From positions 4,960,001-5,024,000 of the forward strand of contig JAYWIR010000003.1 in assembly GCA_036172245.1 (NCBI GenBank): a stretch of 64,000 bases of DNA. Direction: 5' to 3'. Numbering within the stretch: the stretch's first letter is position 1; every line of letters starts with the position of its first letter. The position numbers and the translations under genes are program-made. The stretch comes from Raillietiella orientalis. Lineage: Eukaryota. The notes under the pieces were generated by a model, which saw only the letters and a program-made list of their open reading frames with translations, made no database searches and was not told the DNA's origin. Shown piece after piece: positions 36,561-47,435 of this stretch.

Positions 36561-39500
36561 AGTCATGGACCTTGTGCCACTATCTCCGGACCAGCGGTAT
36601 CATTAAAAAAAGTGAAAATCTCCCAATAAATGAAAATGGATGTAATGATCTCGTGTGTCTCCTTAGTTAGAATTGGTTGCCCTGGGCAACGTATCGCAAG
36701 CAGTGATGGAAAAACACATGATGAACTGATATCAAACCATCATTAGCATTGCCAGAGAGGATACATTTGCTCTCTGATAAGCACGATTCCAGACTTAAAT
36801 TGCTGCTTTCTTAAAGCTGATGACCCCTCTGCACAGAAAAGCTGTTCAGGGAAGCAAAACACTGGTTTTCTGTGGCCACAGACTGATGTTAATATTCTGA
36901 GGTCATTCTTTAAAGATTCATTGGATGTAAATCTAATGAATCGGATGAAGCGGCCTCTGAATCGGATGAGACAGCTTGAATAGCAACTTATGAATAAAGG
37001 CATCCTTTCCACTAACTGCTCCTCTGTCTTTCACATGTAAGACATGTGGAGCAGAAAGGAAAACAGTAAGTGTAACTTCAAGATGGATTCTAATAAGGGA
37101 GTAATTAGTTTCCAATCACGTACCGTTTCGCCTTCACGCTATCCTCCAACAGATTTGCAGATTCGCATCAACAGTTTGTGTTCGATGTTTTGCTTACAAC
37201 TACACCCTTGTCTATACACAACAGTCCACATAGAAACCCATGAGGCTCACACAAACAACGTTGCAGCCATTTCATTTCCTGCACACCATTGTTGGAGGAC
37301 TCCTGTAAATAGAACTGTCGTCAGGGGTGCCCGGCGATTCTGTCAGTTTTTCTGAATTTCTGTTTCAAATGCTGGACACCTGTTCACGAGAAGCGCTCGA
37401 TCGGTTGTTCCCGGTTCCTTTCCGTGGCGGCATTGTCGCAAATGAGCTCTTATCCAGAGAAGTAACCCCACTCCAGCCACGTGCATTCATTCGATGACTC
37501 ACAAAATGTCATCGCCGGAATATTCGAAAAGTGAGAGCACTTTTCAAGCGAAGAAAGTAAATCTACGAGATTCATCAAAGAGTTTATCGGAGCGCACACT
37601 GCGACAATACCTGTGCATCGTGAAGATATTACAATACTATAGAAAGAACATTATTCAGGTAGAAAATTATATCAAGAGCTGAAAGTACATTTGCAGAATA
37701 CAATGTTATGGATCCTACACACATAAAAACACTCAAAGAGCATCGTAGAAGTGGACGTATACACATCCTTGAGCTGTGCCATGGAGCATCTCTCACCCAT
37801 CCAGCTGTCGAGAATCACAGGAACGTCTCTCCCTGAAGGGAAAGTTTCATGGCCTCGGTGAGTTGGATGCTGAGGGAACCTCATGGATTGAGCGACTCCT
37901 AAACTTGTAATTCTTCCGAACGCTTCCCGAGCAGCCGAGTTCGGGGAATCTGGTGGGAATCTCTCTGGTACACAGTCCGGAGATCAGTATCTCGGTCAGA
38001 GTCTCGGGTTTCCGGGAGACAGCCATCGGCACATCCTAATGGTGTGTAGTCCGTGAATGTTTTCCGAATTTCTCGTTCCGCTTCTCAGCTTGGGCAACTC
38101 CCCTAAGGAGAAAGAGGTGGAAAGGGGAGAGGGAGGGAAACGACTCGTCGGACCACCAGCAACCACCACTCCCAGAAGAATGCAGCTTGCCCTTCCTGTG
38201 AAGACAGCGGAACGACGCCTTCGGAGCGGGTTCTTTCTTCTGCAGGCCCGTCCTCTGGTCCACGCTGTGGCTCGCGCGGCTAACCCAGCGAGAAAAGACA
38301 GAGAGAAGCTTTGCACCCACAGAGTCCACCAGAGACGACGAAAAATCCTCGCAAGAGAGGTCCACCGGGGAGGAGAAGAGAAACCTCAGTTTCCGTGAAT
38401 CCAACCACCCAGCAGCAGAAGAGCCCATCAGGCCAGCATTCGCTGAACTGGAAGAAGAGGCCCCAGGGCGGATTCCCGTCTTCCCACTGTGACATCTCTC
38501 TCCGCTCCCTTCACAACTCGCTGTCCCTGCACACTCCAGAGCATCCAGGAAGACGGGAGATCCTGGAATCAGTTCGAAGGTCCCAGTGTCTGACAGTGAA
38601 GACTCAACTCGCGCCGCCATCTTTCCGTCGCCTGTTCTTGCTACAGCCGCTTTGCGCGCGCGCAACGCATTCCTTCCGTCCCTCCTCCTCCGGCTGCGGG
38701 CATCACCTCAAAGGGAAACGCGCGCAGACCACGCCCACGTGCGGGAACGGCCTGCTCGCTCCTCCGCGTTCCCGAGGTCGTCTCGCTGGACACGCGCCTC
38801 TGGACGGAACGTCAGGAACGCCAGCACTCGTCCCCGCGAGGGCACGTCCCCCAAGGGCAGTCGGCGGGGTCTTCGAAGAGGGCGGCGACGGACGCGCGCG
38901 TCCGGCACCACCCTCGAATTCCACCGCAGAAGGGACTGGACGGAGGGGATTCGGGCGCGCGTCCCGCAAACGCAGGCAGCGGCATCCGCGTGCCGGCTGT
39001 TGGAGGCGCATGGGGGAGGGGGGGAAAGGAAGGGGACGGAAGAAGGGAGGCATGGAGGCGGGCTAGGGGGACGGTAGCGTTCCTCGGGAATGAGGGAGGT
39101 GGGCGGGAGGAGAGGAGGAAAGGCTGCGCCGCTGCTGCCGCCCTGCAGTCGCCTCTGCGGGGTCGCCGGCCGGCCGGCAGCACGCAGGCGCCGGCGGACG
39201 CCTTTTTGACTGGCGTGCGCGCGCACGCGCGCACGTGTTTACGCGGGCGCGGGGCGCAGGCACGTGCTTTCGCAACGCAAGTGGGGGAGGCGGGGGAGTA
39301 AGGGAGGTTCAGGGCGGTTCTCTCAGGCGCCCACCTGGAGGTCTCCAGTCGGAGGGCCGCGAGAGGAGGAACCGCCGGGGAGAGGAGTCACGCGCGTGCT
39401 CCGCGGGCCCGGGATGGCGACAGGAGTGGAGGAGGCCTCCGTCGTTGCCTTCGGACAGCGCACCCCCGTCCTGCGTTCCCTTTCTATCCCCCCCCCTCCT

Positions 39501-42500
39501 TCCTCACTTGAGTAGGATGTCAGGAAGAGTCTAGATGGGGGAGAGGGCGGGGGAATATCTCCCGCACGCGCGCAGCACAAGAGCGGATGAATCTCCCTCC
39601 TCCGGCACCTGGAGGCGGGCCCCTCCCTTGCGGGGTCCGGCAGGATGGACCAGCGAGCGAATCCGGCCGTGAAGACAGAAGGAGCCCTGCGGGGAGGACG
39701 CTCCACGCCACGTGGGCAGAAAGGGGACGCGGCCCCTGCAGCGAGGAGATGAGGGCGCCGCCGCGCGAAGGAGAAAGAGAAGATCTCTGGACCCCGCCCC
39801 CGTCCTCAGCAGCACTGGGATCTCGTGATCCCCACCCCCTTCCCGCTCCGCTGCTCCCTCGGGTTTCTTGGAGGGGCTGGGAAACTGCCAGCCGGGAGAG
39901 ATCAATCTCTCAGCCAGGCGTTCTGACCTTCCGCGACCTCTTCTTTGAGAGGGAGAGGCGCGCCTGAGGTTTTGGGAGAGTCCTCCTCCCCCATCGGCAG
40001 CGAGAACTCGGAGCTCCGACGGCGGGTCGATGGGAAGCGGGGAGGGGATCGCGTACGAGGGTGCACGGATGGGGACGGATCAACGGAGCATCCGTAGCGC
40101 GGGCGGCACCTCCTCCCGAGGGGAAGGAGGAGTCCGCGGTCGCCTTGCTGCCGCAGCCTCCCTCCGCAGGAGCCGAAGAGACCGGTCCCTACCGACCCAC
40201 GAGAGGCGGTAGTGCTGGAGTCTTTGTGTGATCTGGGACTCAACTGGTCGGCGGAAGGAGGGGAGCGACGGGTGCGGTGCTAGGGCTGCTCCGCAGGGGA
40301 TGGGTAAAGGGCCATGTTTGCCCTCCCGGGCGCGCGTGTCGGCGCGCTTGGATCTCCCGAACGCTTTACCCCTGGTCCGGGCCGCTGGCCGAGAACCCCT
40401 GGAGGGGTGGGGAGGCGTTCCCAGAGCTCGGGATGCCGTTTCCCCCCCGTGTGGAGGATGACGAAGCCTCTCCCTCCCCCTTCTCCTGGAGAGTGTGGCG
40501 CCGCCTCAGCTGCCCACGAAGGGCCTCCTCAGTCTTTCGCGCGCGTGCGCTGCCGTCCCTCGAGCGAGACATTCCGGGCGGGTCGGGGAGAGGAGCCGAG
40601 CGGTCCAAGCGCAGCGGCCCCGTAGCCTCGGGGGAGTCGCGTGCTTTCGCGGAGCGTGCGCGACGTAGTTCCGTACCCCTCGCGCCGCGTTTCCCTCCAG
40701 TAATGACCCGCTGTCTCCTCGCGCCCCCTCACCCCAGCACCCGCCCGCTCTTCTCTCCATGGCAAAGGAGCGGATCCGGCCGGCTGCGCCCTGCTCCCGT
40801 CCTTTGTTTCGTTGCCCTCCGACGAATGCCTCCGGGACGAGGAAACACTGGAAGAGAGAGGAAAGGAGGATGAAGGAATAGTTCCAGAGGTGGAAGGGGA
40901 AGGGTTGGGAGAAGACCCCAAGAGGCTGCAGGACCGTCCACTCCCCCGGAAGAGCTCGGGGCCGAACGACGGCGCGTGCCATCTCGAGGATGCCGAGGGA
41001 GTCGCGAGGAGGAAGGGCGCACATGCCGTAGTGGCCCGAGTGACACCTGGGGATCGAGGAGGGCAGGGGAAGGGTCAGAGGACAGGGGAATCCCCCCTCT
41101 GACTTGCGCTCTTCCTCACGGGTGGTTGGGCGGAGGAGGAGGACGCTCGTGTGGTGGTGAGCTCTGACTGGCAAGAGGGGGGGAGATCGGGGATGGCGGT
41201 TGATGGAGGGGCAGAGAAAGGTGAGAATGGGGAAGAGAAGGATTCACTGAAGACTCTCTTCGAGAGGATCAGAGCCCTCTGGGACCGCCTCGGGGAAGAG
41301 GAGGAGACGAAGGTGGGCGGATTTCCTGCTTCACCCCCGGAGGGCACGCGAGCCCCCGCCCGAGCATCTCCGGCGAGCACCCTTCAGGGTCACCGCCCGA
41401 GGGTGCTCTCGGAAGCAGCGCTGGGGAAATGCGGAATCCACCTGGAAGGAGGAGTGAACTTCTCGCCCCGGGCAGCGTCCCTCGGTCCGTTCCTCGGTCT
41501 CGTCCCTCGTCCCAGCTGCTCCCCGGGACGGAATTGAGGGCGAGGTGGGACAGCCGCGCCCCTCCGTTCTTGCAAATGAGGAGGGGGCGGATCCGCGGAG
41601 GAAGACCGCAGACTCCACCGAGGGAAGCTGCGAGCCGGCAAGGACCGGCCACAGCCTCGGCAGATACGCGAAGAGGTGGAATGGTTAGCTTTCCTCCGCA
41701 GCCCCCCCGCGACGCGAAATGGGAGAGCAGGAGTGCTGGACGTTCCGCCACAGAAGGGCGCCCCCCTTACTGCTTCCGCCTCTCTCACAGGGACGGGCCC
41801 GTCTTCGAAGCTGTAACCTATGCGCTGAGCAGGAGACGGGTGGGTGGCGTCCTCCGCGTCGTCTACAGGGTAGCGGGGTGGTCAAACAGCGGACTTGTGG
41901 AGAGGCTCCCCGCTCTCCTTCCCCTGTTGCCGACCCCTTCTTGGAACCGGGTGCGTTTCGCGGACATCCGGGACCAGACACTTCCGTCCGAGCCGAGCTC
42001 CGAATCCCTCTCTCTCCTCGCTGTGCCGTACGCAGCAATGGCGAGATGGCGCGCAGCATCAGCACACGCAACAATCAGACCGCGCGACACGCAACAATAT
42101 GACGACGCCATTTTCCTGCGCCTGGAATCCTCCCGTGTGTGTGCACGCTTACGTCTACGCCCCCCTCCCACTTGACGTGCGGTGGGGGATGGGGGTAAGG
42201 TGCCCTCGGGGCGATGATGATGCTGCCAGCCCCAAGGCACACAAGGGGACGGACGCACCAGGACGGCGTCTCCCATCTCCCATTCCGGGTGCTGCACCTC
42301 CGCAGCCTTCCCCTCCTCCCTCTTTCCTTTTACACAAGAGCGTACCCTTTCCGGCAGCAGATTCTTCGCCCTTGGCACCTACCCCTCCCCTCACCCCACC
42401 CTGCAGGAGCGCTTCGATTTCTTCAAGAACCGCGGGCCGAAAAGGAGGACCGCGACAATCGACCCTCGGAGACGCCTCCGGGCTTTCCCCTCTTCCCCGC

Positions 42501-45500
42501 ACTCCGATGAACGAAGTGCAGGACGATGTCCAGGACACTCCTTCTTCCCGGGTGGCTGCCGCCGCCGCCGTCGTCTCCTGCTCCCATGCAGACGGCCGAC
42601 GAACTGGAAGGCGGCGGAGCCAGATGGTGGCGAAGGAAGAAGTAACGAGGAGGAAAAGGCACAAGGAGAGGAATCTCTGCCTCCCCACCTTCCCCCCGCG
42701 AGCGAGCGCCTGTCGTCTGGGTGTCAGACGCAAGCGCTGTTTTTTGCAGCGACCGCTGGTGAAGAAATTCCTTTCCCTCCTCTTCCCTCCCAGGAGGCAC
42801 GCATCCCACCCCCCTTCACTGGATGTTTCTCGACGACTTTTGAGTCACCAACTTCCACCCAGGAGTTCTGGATCACCTCGAGCGTGGCAGGCAGGGTCAG
42901 CACGCCCCAAACCTACGCGAACCAATGAGGGCGAGGCCGCGCCGTTCTCCTCCACAGCGACACAGCTCCGGTGACCTGCTCCCTGAGGGCCTTCGGGAAA
43001 AGGGGGTGGCCGTCCAAGTGCGGGGCTCCCAGGGAGAGCACAGCGCTATCGCGCGTCGTGAGAAGAGGGTGCCCTCAGGCGCGCGAGAGAGCCCCAAGCT
43101 CACGCCCGTTGCCATGCGAGACGGCATTGTTCTCCGCGCCTTTTCCGCCTTCCCCTCCCTATGCGGAGAGAGAAGGACGTTCTGGTGGGAGGAAGGGGCG
43201 CACTCCATGGAGAAGACTTCCGGTCCGTCTCCCTGGAGACGGACCGATCCACCATCGCTCCGAGCTCCAGAGCTCAGCGCGCTCCTCCGTTTCTTCACTG
43301 CCTCGGGGCTGAAGTGAGGGTTGTCCATGGAGACGACAAGCAAGCCCACTTCCCCCACCCTGATCCAGGAGAAGCAGACGCTCCTCCCTGCCTTCGAGCA
43401 GCCGCTTCCCGCTCTTGGCCTGGAGGGGCGAGAGACCAGCGTGCTCCTGGGGGCAAAATTCGCCGCTGCCGCCTCTGTATCTCCGTCTCCACTGGCGACG
43501 GGGTTGCGGCCCTTTCGGGGTTCCCGGGGCGTTCAGAGGGCAGACCATGGAGCGTCGCTGGGTGCTGGTCATCGACCGATGCGGCCCGCGAGGTCTCCGT
43601 TGCCAGGCGCTCCCCCCCTCCCCCCCAAGGCCACGCGTGGAAGGCGAGGACGGGCGCGCATCCTTTTTTGCCAGGCGATGGCGCTGCCGCCTCCGGCGGG
43701 CAGCTAGAGGAGAGCGTCTGCTCCGTCTTCGGAAACTCCGATTCGGAGATGGAGAAGGGGGAGAGGGGCTTCGAGGAGAAGTCAGGGGTGTCAGTGGACT
43801 TGAGAACGGGTGCTCTGCGCGGCCCAGCCATCGACGGTCGGGCTGCGGAAGGCCTCGGCGGGACTCTGCAGCTGCTGCCTGGGGTGCAGCGGGTCCAAGG
43901 CTGTGCGGAAGGAGGGGGGGGGGGGGGGAGGAAGAGGTCGTCTGACGAGATGACGAGAGAACGCCTCGGTTGCCTGATCGGTCGTCATCCCCTCGGAGGC
44001 TCTTCGAGCAGTACCGATTTTCGCGTGGAAGGCGAAGGCGGGCTCGCGCCAGCGGGGACGGTCAGGTCGAGCACGCGGGTTGGCAGGGTCGCGGGGTCGC
44101 GTTCATACCACCCGATAGGGGGCCGGGGAGGGGGTCTCCTGGTGGGATGGAAGCGGGTCGCTCCTGTTTCCGGAGGAATGGGAGAGGAAGAGTTCCGTTC
44201 CCAAGAAGGATCCGAGATGGGCGTCGCCCGTGGGGGGGCAGCCGGGAGGAGAAGCTCCAGACAGGGACGGCGGTGGCGCATCATCGCTGCAAGCAGAGTC
44301 GGGCCCGAAGATGCCCTTCAGCGATTGCGGCGGATGTCCACGCGCACGAAGAGCCCCTGGCAAGCTCCTTCTCCTGCCAGATTGCGAGGGAAGGGATGCG
44401 GACCGGGTTGACCTCCGAGCGAGCATGGCGGGGCCGTCTGGGATTCGCCCTGCTTGGCGTTCTCTGTCCCCGAGGAACGCCAAACAGGGGCCTCCGGATT
44501 GGGAACGGCCCAGGTGCGCGCTGCCGGGCTCTTCGCAGGTTTCCCCTCTCTGGTGGACGAGCAACGCGGGCTGCGGGGGAAGGGCTAACTGGCCCTTTCC
44601 GGGAGGCGAGGATGCCTGCTTCCGCCCCTCTTGCTCCTTCTCTGGACGCACCCTCCAGCCAGATGCAAGGGGTGGCGCGTCCAACGCCATCGACGCGCCA
44701 TGGGGAGTGTGCAGGCACGGAAGCGGTGGCGATCAGCAGTCGGGGCGCTGCCCGTGCGGGAGCAGGCGGGGCGGGGAAGCGTCGGCGTCGGCGTCGGCAG
44801 GGTGAGGGGAGGGGGGGAGGAGGAAGAGCAGAGAGAGAAGCGGTCGGGCGTCGCCGCAACGCGCGCGCACGACCCGGCGGTCTTGACCTTTCTCGCGGTG
44901 ACTGCCGACGCGCCCCTGCGGCGAGGTCCGGCCGGTGAGGGGGAGGGGCCGAAACAAAAAAAGGGCCGCGCCCCGTCGCAGCACATCAAAGGAGCGACCG
45001 GCATGGGCGCGCGCGCGCGCGCGACCCCGTGGTCGCCTCGCAGCCGCGAAGCGGCTGTGCGGCGGCGCGGAACCCGCCTTCACCTCCTCCTCCTCTTCCT
45101 CTCGTCTTGGGCGGGGCGCCGGCAGGGCGGGGGCGTGGCCCCTTCATCCCCTCTTCCCTCCGCGGCCCTGTGGAAAACGCCAGAGCAGCCGACCGCTACG
45201 GGAAGGCCTGGGCAGCGAGGGAGGTGCAGGATGGGAGCCGGAAGGGGAGAAGGGGTGAAGCGAGACCGCGGCCGCCGCGTGGGAGGGAGCCCCCCAGAGG
45301 AGAAGGGAACGCTCGAGGCAGCCGTTCCGCTCCCGGGGAACGCCCGGGAAAGGCGCCTGCCTACCTTCCCGGCCTCCCCTTCTGGCTCTCACTAGGGTTT
45401 CGCCGAGGGGAGGAGTGCAGATGGGATTAGAACGGGATCCACATGCGGAGGGAGGGTCCCCCCGCCCTTCTTCCTCTCGGGAGGATGCGAGAGCCGGACG

Positions 45501-46524
45501 GAACTCGTGGCTCCTGAAACACCCCTCCGCAGGAAGCCTCGGGGAAGGAAATGGGGAGGGCACGCAGCAGTGCTTCCTCTCTCGACCCTTCCTCCCCGAA
45601 TTCTTCTCGGGGGGAACAGCAGAGTCGGTCTCGAGAGGGAGGGACGGACGTGCCTCGAGCGTTTTACCCGCCGGTCGCCCCCCCACGCGGCGGGAGGGAA
45701 ATTATGAAATCTTTTCGGATCCGACTTTTGCTTCCCCCCATTCCCTCACGAACCTCCCAGCTCCACCATGTCCTTCTTCCCGCTGGTCGGGAGGAGCCGT
45801 CCGCGCTGCTGGGCAACGAGGAGGGGTGGTAGGAAAGGGGAGCGAGGGAAGAGGACAGTCTGCTCCTCCTGGGATGAAAGCAAGAAAGAGGGGTAGGGGG
45901 CAGAAGAAGGTGGAACGGGATTGCCCGGGGTGTCTGGGGAGTTCCCCTTGCTCCACCCCTGGTGCCGTTAGCGGGGTGGGAGAGGCGTCCGGCCGTCACG
46001 GGACCGGCTGCGATCGGAATGTTCGTCTCTCCTGGAGGCTTCCACGTCTCCTGGACAACGGGGACGCCCTTCTATGCTTTCCACAGAGGGAGGGGCTGAT
46101 TCCCTTTCACCCCCGGATCCCTCGTCTGCCCCTTTTCCGCTTCCTCTCCTCTATCCGCCCCTCTCCATTCGATCCCCACTCTCGCAGCCCTCCTCCCCTC
46201 CCCCTGCTCCATCGGGAAGCGCCTCGCGGGAAGCACGGCTGGAAAGCCCTCCCTCCTGCCCTGCTTCGCGGCACCCCCTTGGTCCTGGGGCGGCCCTGAG
46301 CTGCCCAGCAGGAGGGCGCGGACCGGGGGCAAGGGTCCCAGAGCGGATCAGGGAGAGGCGGCAGCCCTTCCCCCCTCCCTTGGCCGGAGAAGTCGAGGTC
46401 CGGAGCCTTCTGCGGGCAGATCCGTCCCCAGAGAGGGAAACTCGCCAAGCGGCGGTGTCCGCTCCGGGTGCGACGCGGCCATCCCTGCTTCATCTGCGGT
46501 CGATTATCTTCGGGTGTCGCATCG

Positions 46525-46587
46525 GATTCTGATTGGTCGTTAATTTTTAGCCCATGACCCATCCCGATTCTGATTGGGCAGTTTGAA
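46525..46587. promoter_or_regulatory. Two identical gattctgattgg (reverse CCAAT) boxes 41 bp apart, followed by TTTGAA (CHR-like)
   Basis: Boxes at 46525-46536 and 46566-46577, TTTGAA at 46582-46587. Confidence 0.4.
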
Positions 46588-47067
46588 TTACGCGGAGAAA
46601 GGGGTGGGGTGGGGTGGGGAAAGGGAACCCCTCTGTGGCTGAGGAGGAAAATTTTCGCTTCGGGTCCAATGCATGGCTGGAGGTTGGCGGTCCATGGCGC
46701 CGCTCTTCTCTGTGGCCAAAGTCACTTCCACCCTCCATGTCCCGCGCGTTGCCTCGAGGCTGGGGTGAAGGAAGTCGTCCCTCAAAGGGCGAGAAGCGGC
46801 GGCACCTTCTCGGGGGGTCGTCCCCGCCACGTGGCAAAGCGTCTCAAAGCGTGCGCAACCGAAAAGGAACGGACGGAACGAAAAGAGTTGCTTCACGGAG
46901 GAAAGGCGCTCAGTTGGGGCGTTGGGACCGCTCAACACGAACTTTCAGGTTCAGCAGCGGACGAGAGAACATGGCGGCAGAGCGAAGATGGCGTGCCGGA
47001 AGTGTTCAGCTGCATGAATGCCACAACGGGTGCTTGGTTGCGGCGTGGTCTAGGGAATCGCCGGATG

Positions 47068-47435
47068 GCCGTGTTTTCCACCCCACCCCCCCTTCCACGA
47101 CGTGTTCCCCACCCCTACCACAGTGTGTTCCCCATCTCTGCTACAATGTGTTTTCCAGTCTTTCGTAAACATGGCCGCGTGCTCGTCCACGCACTCGGTG
47201 CAGTGTTTTTTGCAATGGACCGTGACGTGGTGTCCCATAGGATACAGTGTTTTCAATATACGTATACATTGCAGTGTGTTTTCCGGTATTCATTTTACCA
47301 TGAACTTTGCAAGATGTATGGAATTCAGTTGGTTTTCCGTGTACACACGATCGAGTTTCCCAATGTAAATGTGGCAGTGCGTTTTCTGATGTGCATGTGA
47401 CCGTGTTTTCCGCAGCACACGAGTGTGTGTTTCAC
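47068..47435. repeat. Degenerate array of about 10 (ca)gtgt(gt)ttt(t)cc motifs
   Basis: Recurring variants: ccgtgttttcc, cagtgtgttcccc, caatgtgttttcc, gcagtgttttt, cagtgttttc, gcagtgtgttttcc, gcagtgcgttttc, ccgtgttttcc. Confidence 0.6.

Noticed and set aside
45007..45022. (GC)8 run with Z-DNA potential, and the many poly-G/poly-C tracts
   Set aside because: Unremarkable given the local composition; no independent evidence of function.
47068..47435. CRISPR-like interpretation of the repeated motif
   Set aside because: The repeats are short, degenerate and irregularly spaced, in a eukaryotic context with no cas genes.
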